DNA of 64,000 nt. It comes from a virus. Its lineage: Duplodnaviria > Heunggongvirae > Uroviricota > Caudoviricetes. Below, piece by piece: positions 8,965-18,159 of this stretch (the first letter of the stretch is position 1; the number at the start of each line of letters is the position of its first letter). Below the pieces are notes generated by a model. It did no database searches, was not told the origin of the DNA, and saw nothing but the letters and a program-made list of their open reading frames with translations. The position numbers were made by a program, and so were the translations under genes. The stretch lies in the IMG/VR virus record IMGVR_UViG_3300042890_002891, positions 66,831-130,830 of that record; one strand, 5' to 3'.

Positions 8965-9360
8965 TTAATTGTTGTCTGCTTGGCTGGCACAGTTTGGGCA
9001 CAGCAGTTGCAAGTTGTTTGCGGCATTGTTGTTGATGTTGCCATCTAGATGTTGCAGTACAAATTGCAAGGGTCGACCCAGATAGCTGTCAATGTTGCAG
9101 CATTCACAACGTTGTGGTCGAATCACCGCTGAATCAGCAAGACGTTGTTTGCGTTGTTCTACCACATCACTAGCCTTGACAGCAACAGGCACAGATTCAA
9201 TGGCCTTTGCCAACTGTTGCAGTTTGAATGGCGTCAGACTCTTGCGAGTAGCATCATCTGCTTGACATTTTATACTGCAAAAGCCCGGCGTAGATCGTTC
9301 CTGTGTCCAGGAATATCGATCTCTGCAATGTTCGCAATAATAAGTTTGATACACAGTCAT
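8965..9360 (-). CDS. HNH endonuclease-like zinc-binding protein
   Basis: CECC...QHLDGNINNNAANNLQLLCPNC; TAAATA box upstream; last HNH His is absent. Confidence 0.75.
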   Translation of the reverse strand: MTVYQTYYCEHCRDRYSWTQERSTPGFCSIKCQADDATRKSLTPFKLQQLAKAIESVPVAVKASDVVEQRKQRLADSAVIRPQRCECCNIDSYLGRPLQFVLQHLDGNINNNAANNLQLLCPNCASQADNN

Positions 9361-9388
9361 CCAGTATTTATCGCAAACATCACAGGCG

Positions 9389-9859
9389 TCAAGCTACCTT
9401 GAGGCTACGGAATCGATCAGCAGCATAACTGGCAGCAAAGGCTTCGGGCTTGACAAAAGGAATCACATTGCATGTGCCCTTAATATAGCCCACGGCCTGA
9501 CTGATAACACAGCTGGAACCGTGCATTTCGTTGGGGTTGATGTCAAGGTGTACTTCAACATCACGTCCATCTAGTACTTCAGCCAGTTGGAGATACAGTT
9601 CAGAAACCTTGTAGACTTCGGTCATGAGTCGCATGGCAGGTTTGCCGGGCTTGCTGTCATAGTCACGCTCACGCTGTACTTCACCAAACAACTTGCAGCC
9701 ATTGTTGCCGTTAATATGCACCACAATAGCCAACACATAGTCAGCATGCCATGCACCGTTGATTTTCACACGTTCACTGTCACAGCCCAGGTAAATTTTT
9801 GTTTCTGGTGTCTGTGTTCGAATAAACGCTGCCACCTGGGCAAAATCGATTTTTCTCAT
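9389..9859 (-). CDS. RNase H-like YkuK (DUF458) family protein
   Basis: IYLGCDS, EVHLDIN, KPEAFAASYAADR motifs; real start is MRKID (the longer ORF runs through a tRNA). Confidence 0.8.
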   Translation of the reverse strand: MRKIDFAQVAAFIRTQTPETKIYLGCDSERVKINGAWHADYVLAIVVHINGNNGCKLFGEVQRERDYDSKPGKPAMRLMTEVYKVSELYLQLAEVLDGRDVEVHLDINPNEMHGSSCVISQAVGYIKGTCNVIPFVKPEAFAASYAADRFRSLKVA

Positions 9860-9873
9860 TTGTTTCTTTCTTT

Positions 9874-9952
9874 TGGTACCCCGCCTCGGAGTCGAACCGA
9901 GAGAACTCTTCCTTTTGAGAGAAGCGACTTTGCCAGATTTGTCCAGCGGGGC
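9874..9952 (-). tRNA. tRNA-Leu(CAA), short variable region
   Basis: Cloverleaf, A73, CCA. Confidence 0.85.
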
Positions 9953-9953
9953 T

Positions 9954-10502
9954 TTAGTAGTTATATCGCTGACCAAATCCTACTGGATCAGCTTCATGTG
10001 CTTGAACAGCTTGAGTTATGGCTCGTACCACAAACTCATTGAACGAGATATCCAGTTCATGTGCGGCCTTCATGTATGTTAACAGTTCTTCATCTGTGAA
10101 GTCCACCGGCACTTGCACACGAGTATCATACTCTTGACCGGCCACAATGGCCTGAAACTTTTGAACAAAGTCATCGTCTGTCTCAAGATCAACATAGTTG
10201 ACATCATCCCAGGCTTCATTCATGTTAACACCGCGATTCTTTGCTTCCTTGTCATGCTTTTTCACATAGTCAGGATGCATCATTCTGTAGGCACGATCGT
10301 TTGTGTAGTCGCATACTTCCACACAATAGACCTTTTGGCTCCGGGTGCTGAACACAATATTGGCACTCCAGCCACCTGTGCCATGAACGCCATTCCAGGA
10401 GCTCAACTGATAGCTGTTGGATCCAAAGCACTGCCAGCCATATGTGTCGCCTTCGGTGATCCGGTAATCCACCAGTTCCATAAATTCTTTCATACTCAAC
10501 AT
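9954..10502 (-). CDS. conserved phage hypothetical protein
   Basis: ORF from MLSMKEF with AGGAG SD. Confidence 0.7.
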   Translation of the reverse strand: MLSMKEFMELVDYRITEGDTYGWQCFGSNSYQLSSWNGVHGTGGWSANIVFSTRSQKVYCVEVCDYTNDRAYRMMHPDYVKKHDKEAKNRGVNMNEAWDDVNYVDLETDDDFVQKFQAIVAGQEYDTRVQVPVDFTDEELLTYMKAAHELDISFNEFVVRAITQAVQAHEADPVGFGQRYNY

Positions 10503-10503
10503 G

Positions 10504-10920
10504 TTATACTCCTGATTGTTTGCGTGATTCACGCAGGTTGTGATGTGTGTCGCACAAGGTCTTGAGCCAGCCACCATGGCGCAGTACGCCCTGTGAGCCA
10601 CACTCTTCGCAGGCATGGCTTGCCCAGGCTGCTGCCATGGTCACCATACCGCTGATCTCATTGTCGCCGCCATCATAGTAGAAACGCAGTCCGCCAAATT
10701 TTTCTTTGATCTGTGCCACTGTCACTTGGGGCACCACTGGTGACTGCCGGTTCTGCCAGTCAATATGATGTTGGATACTGGCGCACAGGCTGGCAATAAT
10801 GGGCCACCATCCAGCAGCACATTCAATGCCACCGTATTGGCCCGCAAACATTTTGGGGTAAGTGGTTTCAAGATGCTTGACGAAAGCATCGTATTCTTGA
10901 AATTCCGGGTCCTGATCCAT
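10504..10920 (-). CDS. conserved phage hypothetical protein (QIKEKFGGLRFY, C-terminal Zn ligands)
   Basis: ORF with AAGGA SD; CxxC...CxxH. Confidence 0.7.
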   Translation of the reverse strand: MDQDPEFQEYDAFVKHLETTYPKMFAGQYGGIECAAGWWPIIASLCASIQHHIDWQNRQSPVVPQVTVAQIKEKFGGLRFYYDGGDNEISGMVTMAAAWASHACEECGSQGVLRHGGWLKTLCDTHHNLRESRKQSGV

Positions 10921-10994
10921 GAGTGATTCCTTTGTTGTGATAGAGATTGCGGCCTGATCAAGAGCACTGATCATGGCAGGATTGTTCCATTCCA

Positions 10995-11219
10995 TCATCG
11001 TCGTGTGGCGCCAATTCTGCTGGCCTTGTTCCAGTCGTATGCAACGCCATCGGGGCACACTCCATCTTGAACACTATCCACACCAAATATGCCACACGCT
11101 TCAAAGTCCGGACCCCGAATGGTCACAAACATGCCAACAATTCGAGCAAAGCTGATTGCTTCGCTCAATGTAGGACATGAGTTGAGTGGTAGTCCTGATT
11201 TGCTGATTACTTTGTACAT
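10995..11219 (-). CDS. hypothetical protein (MYKVISK...)
   Basis: ORF directly after a TTGACA-N17-TATAAT promoter. Confidence 0.6.
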   Translation of the reverse strand: MYKVISKSGLPLNSCPTLSEAISFARIVGMFVTIRGPDFEACGIFGVDSVQDGVCPDGVAYDWNKASRIGATRR

Positions 11220-11260
11220 GATTTCATTATACAGTATTTGTGACTTGTTGTCAAATGATT

Positions 11261-11345
11261 TGGTGCCCCAGGTCGGACTCGAACCGACACGCCACAAGGA
11301 CATGAGTTTCTAAGACTCACACGGCTACCATTACGTCACCGGGGC
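11261..11345 (-). tRNA. tRNA-Leu(TAG)
   Basis: Cloverleaf with variable arm, CCA. Confidence 0.92.
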
Positions 11346-11351
11346 ATTATT

Positions 11352-11427
11352 TGGTGCAACCTGTAGGAATCGAACCTACTTCAATGCCTCTTCAGGGCAC
11401 CGCTATAACCATATCAGCTAAAGTTGC
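11352..11427 (-). tRNA. tRNA-Phe(GAA)
   Basis: Cloverleaf, CCA. Confidence 0.88.
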
Positions 11428-11434
11428 ATGTTGT

Positions 11435-11525
11435 TGGCGGAAGGCTAGAGAGTTGAACTCTAAAGGCGCTATTAACGCTCGGCTGTTTTCAAGACAGATC
11501 CCATCGCCAATTGGGTTGGCCTTCC
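11435..11525 (-). tRNA. tRNA-Ser(TGA)
   Basis: Long variable arm, G73, CCA. Confidence 0.9.
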
Positions 11526-11531
11526 GTTGAG

Positions 11532-11609
11532 TGGAGCACAGGGTGAGATTTGAACTCACGATTTTTCAGATTTGCAATCTGGTGCGTTGGACCGCTCCGC
11601 CACCTGTGC
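11532..11609 (-). tRNA. tRNA-Cys(GCA)
   Basis: Cloverleaf, U73, CCA. Confidence 0.9.
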
Positions 11610-11616
11610 TTGATGT

Positions 11617-11690
11617 TGGTCTCTCGAGAGTGAATCGAACACTCGTCATATGGTCCCAAACCATAAATTCTACCATTAAACTACCGAGAG
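11617..11690 (-). tRNA. tRNA-Pro(TGG)
   Basis: Cloverleaf, C1-G72, CCA. Confidence 0.9.
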
Positions 11691-11694
11691 AATC

Positions 11695-11768
11695 TGGTAC
11701 CTCGTGACAGAATCGAACTGCCGTCTGCGCCGTGTAAAAGCGCGGCCCTACCATTAGACGAACGAGGC
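11695..11768 (-). tRNA. tRNA-Val(TAC)
   Basis: Cloverleaf, CCA. Confidence 0.9.
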
Positions 11769-11853
11769 ATAAATTAGTCGCACACAACTTGTCCTATTAT
11801 ACTCCGTGTGCTATGGAGAGTTTGGCTGCGAGTGTTAGTCGCTTAAATACTTG

Positions 11854-12018
11854 ATGTACACATATGACAACATTACCACAACTGGACTGCATATCCACTT
11901 GAGCATGAGCAAGCACGATACCTGTTATATTTTTGTCAATGATATTTTTAGTAACCGATTGACTCTGCGTTTCTTCAACAACACAGAATCGGCACTGGAG
12001 TTTATCCGCAGCTTTTGA
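11854..12018 (+). CDS. hypothetical protein, 54 aa (MYTYDNITTTGLHIHLS...)
   Basis: Manual translation; TAAATA late-type box 4 nt upstream of the ATG. Confidence 0.5.
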   Translation: MYTYDNITTTGLHIHLSMSKHDTCYIFVNDIFSNRLTLRFFNNTESALEFIRSF

Positions 12019-12046
12019 TCAACTGCGGATATTTTTGGATGGGATG

Positions 12047-12313
12047 TTACGCAGGATCAGAGATTGCTATACTAACAATATCTAGTCCGTATGTGTTTGC
12101 AAATGTGCCAACATAGGCCACGTCTTCCTCGGCTGCTGCTTGGTCCAACCAATCTCTGATCACAGTGTGATCAGAGATTATACCTGCAACATCCGTTGTT
12201 AGTCCAGCTAGAAATTTTGTTTGAAGATAAGCTAGACGTATTTCTCGAGCAGCTAAATAGCTTTCATCCAACGGGGAATTGGTCCCCCACACAATTGTAA
12301 CATTTTTTGTCAT
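12047..12313 (-). CDS. hypothetical protein
   Basis: ORF with AAGGA SD and upstream TAAATA. Confidence 0.65.
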   Translation of the reverse strand: MTKNVTIVWGTNSPLDESYLAAREIRLAYLQTKFLAGLTTDVAGIISDHTVIRDWLDQAAAEEDVAYVGTFANTYGLDIVSIAISDPA

Positions 12314-12359
12314 AAATTTTCCTTTATAGGATGAACACCAGGATCATCTTTGCTAATAT

Positions 12360-13196
12360 TTAGCAAATATTATTTTTTATATACTGCGAATACAGTAAAT
12401 CAGCAAAGTAAACATTCCAGTCATGTCCAAAATGCAACCGGTCTCGGGCTCTAGAAAATCCAAATTCGTGTCCCAACGAGTTTGACAAATTGTCAGATCT
12501 GCGAGGATCAAAATCTCGTTCGTAAGTGTAAACGTCAAAAGAATCTAGATCTTCGTCCTTGCACAATGTAATTTCTTGTAGCGGTATTTTTCTATTTTTG
12601 CAAATTTCTTGCAGCATGGCACGATTCTTGTCAAATTGATATTTTATATAGCTATTGTCATTGAATATATCAGCTGCCTTTTCCAGGCGCTCAATGATGT
12701 TAGCATAACCGTCGTGATTTCCTAGTATTATTTTGTACGGCAAGAATCGACGTCTAACAGAAATTTCTCTGGACGAAAACGCTGGCCACTGAACAAACAC
12801 TGCCCGTGGTTGCAACACATCAATGGTTTTGGCAATTGCTCGTACCACATAATCGCTGCTGGCAGCAGCAAGACCTAAATTATACAACTTGGTATCAGGA
12901 AACTTTGTTCTCAATATGCCAGGCCAGGTGTGTTCAACTGGACACCCAAGGCCAATGGTGCAACTGTCACCAATTGTTATTATAGAATCTCGGCCATCAT
13001 CAACAAATTCATCAGATCTAAATCCGTGTGTGTTCCACTGGTATGTGATATCAGTGTCTGAGTAGATACTGTCAGGATTAACTCCCGGCGCATCTCTGCG
13101 ATACCAGTAACTGGTTTCAGTGTGATCGGGCCCACCAGGAACATTTACAACACTAAAAATTCCTTTGTCCCAGTTGTTGAAATTGGAAGTCAGCAT
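12360..13196 (-). CDS. SGNH/GDSL-like hydrolase fold protein
   Basis: GDS-C-T-G, NLG, D..H motifs. Confidence 0.6.
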   Translation of the reverse strand: MLTSNFNNWDKGIFSVVNVPGGPDHTETSYWYRRDAPGVNPDSIYSDTDITYQWNTHGFRSDEFVDDGRDSIITIGDSCTIGLGCPVEHTWPGILRTKFPDTKLYNLGLAAASSDYVVRAIAKTIDVLQPRAVFVQWPAFSSREISVRRRFLPYKIILGNHDGYANIIERLEKAADIFNDNSYIKYQFDKNRAMLQEICKNRKIPLQEITLCKDEDLDSFDVYTYERDFDPRRSDNLSNSLGHEFGFSRARDRLHFGHDWNVYFADLLYSQYIKNNIC

Positions 13197-13855
13197 AGAC
13201 TATCCAGATCCAGTTTGCGTCTAAGTCTGATACTGAGAGTGGTTCTTGGCAAGCTACCTAGATTAATTGCACGGTGCGGAATAGTTACATTTAAATATAT
13301 CGGTTGAGTCAAGCTGGCGCGAGCAACTTCAACGGCCGAAGATTCGTCATATGTTGACCAATTCATTACAATTTTTTTCATTAACTCTGCAGGTGAATCA
13401 AAAAATTCTGGTGATGCAGGTGCGCTACCTAATTTTGTTGCTGCGTACCAAGCAGTATAAGAGTTATCAAAATTCAACAAAGGCAAATTGATAGCCTCAC
13501 CTGTTAAATCCAACGGAAAGGCATCCCCAACGTCGGAGTCTATGTGTATGGGCATGCTTTCTATGTGGGCTCCGTTGCTGGCAATAACAATCCAGGAAAT
13601 TAAATAAATGTCACGAGGTGTTATTTCTTTGCTGTCCAGCCAATCTGCAAATACAGGACATGCATTTTTAAGATTTCTGATATCGCGTAAAAATCGGTGA
13701 TCAACTATTTCATTGTTGTTAATCAACCCAGTTGAAGTAGTGTCTGTATCATACATTGACACATACAACGGACAAGTGGCTCGGAGATAAGTGTCAATCT
13801 CAGCAGACATCTGTGGCAGGTTTGGAGCAGCAAGTGTTTTGTAATAAGGTAGCAT
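13190..13855 (-). CDS. putative 2OG-Fe(II) oxygenase / cupin
   Basis: HxD...H...R arrangement (IHID, IPH, RTTLSIR). Confidence 0.55.
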   Translation of the reverse strand: MLPYYKTLAAPNLPQMSAEIDTYLRATCPLYVSMYDTDTTSTGLINNNEIVDHRFLRDIRNLKNACPVFADWLDSKEITPRDIYLISWIVIASNGAHIESMPIHIDSDVGDAFPLDLTGEAINLPLLNFDNSYTAWYAATKLGSAPASPEFFDSPAELMKKIVMNWSTYDESSAVEVARASLTQPIYLNVTIPHRAINLGSLPRTTLSIRLRRKLDLDSLC

Positions 13856-13861
13856 AGTAGA

Positions 13862-14533
13862 TTAAATCAAGTTAATGGCCAACATGTATTCATGTATCTG
13901 ATTCCAATTCTCAATTGTGACATCAGTTGTGTTTTGTTTCTGAGCTGGAGGATTACTGCTGACCAGTTTGTTTTCCAACATTAGATCTTCATAGTACGCT
14001 GTTTGAATTTTGTGTTTTAGTTTGTTTTTGTTTGATTCAACATTTGGATCAATCACTCGATTGTAGAGATTAACAACCATGTCCATGTCAACAGTTACAG
14101 AAGATGCAGTTATGGGTATCATCCAGGCATTCAGAGTGTATGCAATGGCCAATGATTTGAATGCTTTTAATTTGTCTCGACGTTCCAGAAACACAACTGT
14201 GGCATTTTGTGCGTTGACCCAGTCAACTATGTCTGGTCTGTTCAGATAGAATGAATGAATTTTTACTGATTTTGGCTTGCTGACTTTGGATAACCCAACT
14301 ATTCTGTCAGACATCATGGCAACAAATTCAGATTCAGAATACTGCGTAGGTTCCGGATCTTGATCAAAGGTAACATCGTTGCCGTGAAAATCAACTGTAA
14401 CAAACTTGCTGAACGGTTCTGAACAATTCACATGAGGCAAACAACTTTGTAGCCATGTGCTGCCTGATCTAGGATGCGAAATAATTATCACGTCTTGATC
14501 GGGATTTATGTCTAATAGATCAGAATTTGCCAT
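13862..14533 (-). CDS. sulfotransferase-like protein
   Basis: SHPRSGSTWL 5'-PSB motif, LERRD. Confidence 0.7.
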   Translation of the reverse strand: MANSDLLDINPDQDVIIISHPRSGSTWLQSCLPHVNCSEPFSKFVTVDFHGNDVTFDQDPEPTQYSESEFVAMMSDRIVGLSKVSKPKSVKIHSFYLNRPDIVDWVNAQNATVVFLERRDKLKAFKSLAIAYTLNAWMIPITASSVTVDMDMVVNLYNRVIDPNVESNKNKLKHKIQTAYYEDLMLENKLVSSNPPAQKQNTTDVTIENWNQIHEYMLAINLI

Positions 14534-14594
14534 GTTAAAAATTGCACTCTTTAATATAACCTATTTAGCCTGGCATACAAGCAATCTGAATAAT

Positions 14595-14668
14595 TGGTAG
14601 CCTGTCCGGGTAACGATCCTGGGTCGCTCGATTATCAGTCGAGTGCTCTGCCATTGAGCTAACGGGCT
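14595..14668 (-). tRNA. tRNA-Ile(GAT)
   Basis: Cloverleaf, CCA; atypical ATCG T-loop. Confidence 0.88.
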
Positions 14669-14678
14669 ATTCTAAAAC

Positions 14679-14752
14679 TGGTACGGGTGGAAGGAATCGA
14701 ACCTTCACTAACAGAGTCAAAGTCTGTTGTGCTACCACTACACAACACCCGA
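14679..14752 (-). tRNA. tRNA-Gln(TTG)
   Basis: Cloverleaf, CCA. Confidence 0.9.
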
Positions 14753-14760
14753 ATAAAACT

Positions 14761-14835
14761 TGGTGGTTGTGGTTGGTATCGATCCAACCTCCTCGCCTTA
14801 TGAGGGCGGTACGCATCCATCTACGTCACACAACC
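14761..14835 (-). tRNA. tRNA-CAT (elongator Met or Ile2)
   Basis: Cloverleaf, CTCATAA loop, CCA. Confidence 0.8.
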
Positions 14836-14840
14836 AAATT

Positions 14841-14916
14841 TGGGGTATCCTACCGGTATCGATCCGGTACTACCGCTTTCACAGAGCAGGGTGCAGGCCA
14901 CTACACTAAGGATACC
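14841..14916 (-). tRNA. tRNA-His(GTG)
   Basis: G-1:C73 pair, cloverleaf, CCA. Confidence 0.9.
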
Positions 14917-14920
14917 ATAT

Positions 14921-15033
14921 AGGTGCTCTCTGTGGCGCTTGAATCCACGGTAGCCCTGCTCTTCCTGGCACTTGTTCACACGCCGCGGGCTAGTGAAGTT
15001 CAGTGTTGTTCCAGTGTAGCTACTACAGAAAGC
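14921..15033 (-). ncRNA. tRNA-like RNA of unknown type
   Basis: 7-bp acceptor-like stem GCTTTCT/AGAGAGC plus ACC, T-like arm GTGG/CCAC, enlarged interior with a TAGCCC/GGGCTA stem. Confidence 0.5.
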
Positions 15034-15117
15034 ATTTATATAATACCATAGAAAAACACACTTGGCTCCCCTTGGTTGTTTGTATCTGTCAATTCAGATT
15101 GAAAGTGCGTTTATCTA

Positions 15118-15193
15118 TGGTAGGACCACTCGGACTCGAACCGAGGATTTACAGGTTAAAAGCCTGATGTTATAACCGCTTAACTATGATCCC
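15118..15193 (-). tRNA. tRNA-Lys(TTT)
   Basis: Cloverleaf, CCA. Confidence 0.92.
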
Positions 15194-15196
15194 ATG

Positions 15197-15271
15197 TGGT
15201 CCCTCCACCGAGATTTGAACTCGGACGTCACGGATTAAGAGTCCGGCATGCTGCCTTAACATCTTGAAGGG
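15197..15271 (-). tRNA. tRNA-Lys(CTT)
   Basis: Cloverleaf, CTCTTAA loop, CCA. Confidence 0.88.
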
Positions 15272-15332
15272 TTGGTATGTAAAATTGTCTTTCACGTGCC
15301 AACCCGGACCTACACAGGATCTGGAGTTGACA

Positions 15333-15359
15333 CTATAGTTTAGGAGATTTTCGTTTCAT
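15333..15359 (-). CDS. putative Lys-rich leader peptide MKRKSPKL
   Basis: 3 of 8 codons are AAA; the stop codon overlaps one arm of alternative hairpins that reach into tRNA-Lys(CTT). Confidence 0.5.
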   Translation of the reverse strand: MKRKSPKL

Positions 15360-15625
15360 ATAGTTCTTTCTTTGGTGTGACTGTTGTTATTTTCTGCGTG
15401 TGAATTTGCGCAGAAATTTTAAAAAATAATATTTCAACCCGCGTAGTGGGGCCAACTCAAATGCGAATTGTCCCGGCAGCTCACGCGGGACACTGCGTAG
15501 GCTCGATCAATGACTTCTTTGCTGCTTATGCTGCACTTCAGTTGTTTAATAACACTCTGCGACAGAGTTTAGCCGGATTACATCAAATATTCTTGTAACC
15601 TATCAGCTGCTCAGGATCATTTTAA

Positions 15626-17110
15626 TTACCTAAATGTTGGCAAATACTTCTCATCCGTAACTAGTTCAAGTAATCTTCTTTTGTATTCTGATAGAAACTT
15701 ATGGGGAGGAGTAGGTTCTTTTTCATAAAAGAGACTACCTGTGTTACTTTGCAGATCATTATATTTTTCAATGAGTCGTTGAGCTTGGAAAAAATTCATT
15801 TGGTCATTTTCCCATATTACAAAATTATGATGTGGTGCGTTGGGCATTTCGCGGTATCCAAATTTTGCATAATCTTTGGTGATACTGCTTTCAAATACTG
15901 CGCCGTTTGCTTTTTTACCAATTATTAATGGTCTAAAGGCGAACGAGTCTAATTTTATTTCACGTGTACTCAACGCCTTCAGAGTGCGCTCAGCTGATTT
16001 AATTGTTTCGTAAGGAGTTCCAATTATAAAACTGCCATGCAGATTCATGTCATGGTATGTTTCTTTAATGGTTGATATCATTGCAATTTGTTTTTCTCTA
16101 TTATAGCCTTTACCAACAGCTTGTCCACTTTTTCTATCCAACGTTTCTATACCAAAAAACATTGATCTTACTCCAATATCGTATAACATATGAATAGTTT
16201 CGGGATGAGTGCAAATCAAATCTAATCTTGCATAACACCAGAACTCAGGTTTAAATGGCAACGATACTATCATGTCTCTTAACTGCACAAGTTTTTCAAC
16301 TGAATCGTTGAAAGTGTCATCTACTATCATGTAAATACAAATTCCATGATTGTTATAATTATGCAATAGTTCTTGTTTCAGTGTGGCAGCATCTTTAATA
16401 AAATCTAGTTTGGTCTTACCGTTCATAGGGTACGAACAAAATGCACAGCTGAATATGCATCCTCTGCCAATTTCGATAGGTAATCTGGTATGATTCACAA
16501 CGTCTTCAGCACACCATGTCATGGTATCCTTTGAAAATTCGTATCCTTCTGCAAGCACATTGTTGATGATAATCTTGTTGTTGTTGATATTTTTATAGCT
16601 ATTTTTTAATACAACACCGTGTTTTATGTGATCAACCAAATTTACTATGTTTGCTTCAGCGTATCCCAGCACCAGGAAATCAGCATACTTGCATCGTAAT
16701 TCTGGTCGTACTATCGTACCTCCTGCGACAATTTTTATTGCAGCATTCAACTTGTTGATGTGTGCAAACACTTGATCATCAAAATCTGCTCCTTGCGGAA
16801 ATAAATTAAAATTTTGTCCATGAATATTAGAATTAGATCCAGCCGTCGGCCCAGTTGCAACACTTGTAATCAAATCATAGAATGTGGTGCTAAACCCTAT
16901 CATGCATGTGTCTGACCCTACGGCACGATTTAATAATGTATAAATTTCATCAATAGTAAACTCGGACACATGATTCACTACTAAACAAGAATACCCACTG
17001 GCACGCAGAGTATTTGCTAACTTGTATGCGCCAATAGCAGGAATAAATACTGAGTCATTAGGATTTCTGCGAACTATATCAGTAAAAAGAATAACATTAA
17101 AATTTGGCAT
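15626..17110 (-). CDS. B12-binding radical SAM protein
   Basis: GRGCIFSCAFC CxxxCxxC, DDTF, GIET motifs, N-terminal cobalamin-binding-like domain. Confidence 0.85.
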   Translation of the reverse strand: MPNFNVILFTDIVRRNPNDSVFIPAIGAYKLANTLRASGYSCLVVNHVSEFTIDEIYTLLNRAVGSDTCMIGFSTTFYDLITSVATGPTAGSNSNIHGQNFNLFPQGADFDDQVFAHINKLNAAIKIVAGGTIVRPELRCKYADFLVLGYAEANIVNLVDHIKHGVVLKNSYKNINNNKIIINNVLAEGYEFSKDTMTWCAEDVVNHTRLPIEIGRGCIFSCAFCSYPMNGKTKLDFIKDAATLKQELLHNYNNHGICIYMIVDDTFNDSVEKLVQLRDMIVSLPFKPEFWCYARLDLICTHPETIHMLYDIGVRSMFFGIETLDRKSGQAVGKGYNREKQIAMISTIKETYHDMNLHGSFIIGTPYETIKSAERTLKALSTREIKLDSFAFRPLIIGKKANGAVFESSITKDYAKFGYREMPNAPHHNFVIWENDQMNFFQAQRLIEKYNDLQSNTGSLFYEKEPTPPHKFLSEYKRRLLELVTDEKYLPTFR

Positions 17111-17177
17111 AATTGATCAATGCTGTATCAGGTGACAGCATAATTTTCATAATTGTTCCTTTAAACTATTTATATAG

Positions 17178-17251
17178 TGGTGCCCCACGACAGAATCGAA
17201 CTGCCATCACAGGATTACAAAACCAGTGTACTGCCATTGTACTAGTAGGGC
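17178..17251 (-). tRNA. tRNA-Thr(TGT)
   Basis: Cloverleaf, CCA; two mismatches in the anticodon stem. Confidence 0.85.
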
Positions 17252-17306
17252 GAAAAAGAACAGTTCAGGGACCTAACTTCTTAAGATGAAGAGTATGAAC
17301 TATATT

Positions 17307-17385
17307 TGGCTCCGCATCTGGGGTTCGAACCCAGCTAATCATTGATTAACAGTCAAGTCCGTGCACCTAGCTCGGATTCTGCGGA
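17307..17385 (-). tRNA. tRNA-Asn(GTT)
   Basis: TCC start, G73, CCA. Confidence 0.88.
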
Positions 17386-17394
17386 ATAAATTGT

Positions 17395-17484
17395 TGGCGG
17401 AACGAAAGAGACTCGAACTCTTAAAGCGGCTTTCACCACTCGACGGATTAGCAATCCGCTCCAATACCATTATGGGACCGTTCC
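17395..17484 (-). tRNA. tRNA-Ser(GCT)
   Basis: Long variable arm, G73, CCA. Confidence 0.92.
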
Positions 17485-17600
17485 AGGAAAATACTTAGCA
17501 GCATTGTGCTCTGCTAGAAAAATTTAACGTGGAGCCTTTCACTTGCCACGATTGGTACATCAAAGTACTTGAAGGTTACACCCAACCTCTAAGAGTGACT

Positions 17601-17689
17601 TGGTGGAAGTGGTAGGATTCGAACCTACAACGTTTCTTATGTGGCGGATTTACAGTCCGTTGCCTTCAACCAATTCGGCACACACTTCC
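17601..17689 (-). tRNA. tRNA-Tyr(GTA)
   Basis: Variable arm, A73, CCA. Confidence 0.92.
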
Positions 17690-17695
17690 TAATAA

Positions 17696-17770
17696 TGGTG
17701 GAGGATAGGAGAATCGAACTCCTGACTGAAGCTTGCAAAGCTACTGCGTTCCCAATTACGCCAATCCCCC
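17696..17770 (-). tRNA. tRNA-Ala(TGC)
   Basis: G3.U70 pair, CCA. Confidence 0.92.
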
Positions 17771-17777
17771 GTTATCT

Positions 17778-17854
17778 TGGTCGGTCCTGACGGATTTGAA
17801 CCGCCAACTTCTAGTTTCGAAGACTAGCACTCTATCCAGTTGAGTTAAGGACCG
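17778..17854 (-). tRNA. tRNA-Arg(TCG)
   Basis: Cloverleaf, A20, CCA. Confidence 0.9.
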
Positions 17855-17859
17855 ATATC

Positions 17860-17934
17860 TGGCGTACCCCCAAGGACTCGAACCCTGACTTAACGGTGTT
17901 GGAGACCGTTGTGCTGCCATTACACTAGAGATAC
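17860..17934 (-). tRNA. tRNA-Trp(CCA)
   Basis: Cloverleaf, G73, CCA. Confidence 0.9.
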
Positions 17935-18159
17935 AAAATTTCTACACACTGTCTGCGGCATCACAGCCCTGATCAGCTCAATGTGTGTATCGAAGCACTC
18001 TTCATGGATGGACCCACGTGTCTCCCGACGGATAGAGAGTGCTTCGATACGCTGTAATTTTTCATCTCACAAAAGAGACTCTATCCTACAGGCCGCCCAT
18101 TTGCCCATGTTTTGAGTGCGGGTCAGGATCTCGTTTCCTATACACACTATCTAACGCTG

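Noticed and set aside
9860-9976. N-terminal extensions of ORFs 9389-9976 and 10995-11303, and ORFs 11566-11787 and 21832-22029
   Set aside because: They run through tRNA genes; the real starts are downstream or the ORFs are spurious.
14955-14980. Resemblance of GAACAAGTGCCAGGAAGAGCAG to SRP 4.5S RNA domain IV
   Set aside because: Lacks the GNRA-capped hairpin between CAGG and AGCAG and the long rod structure.
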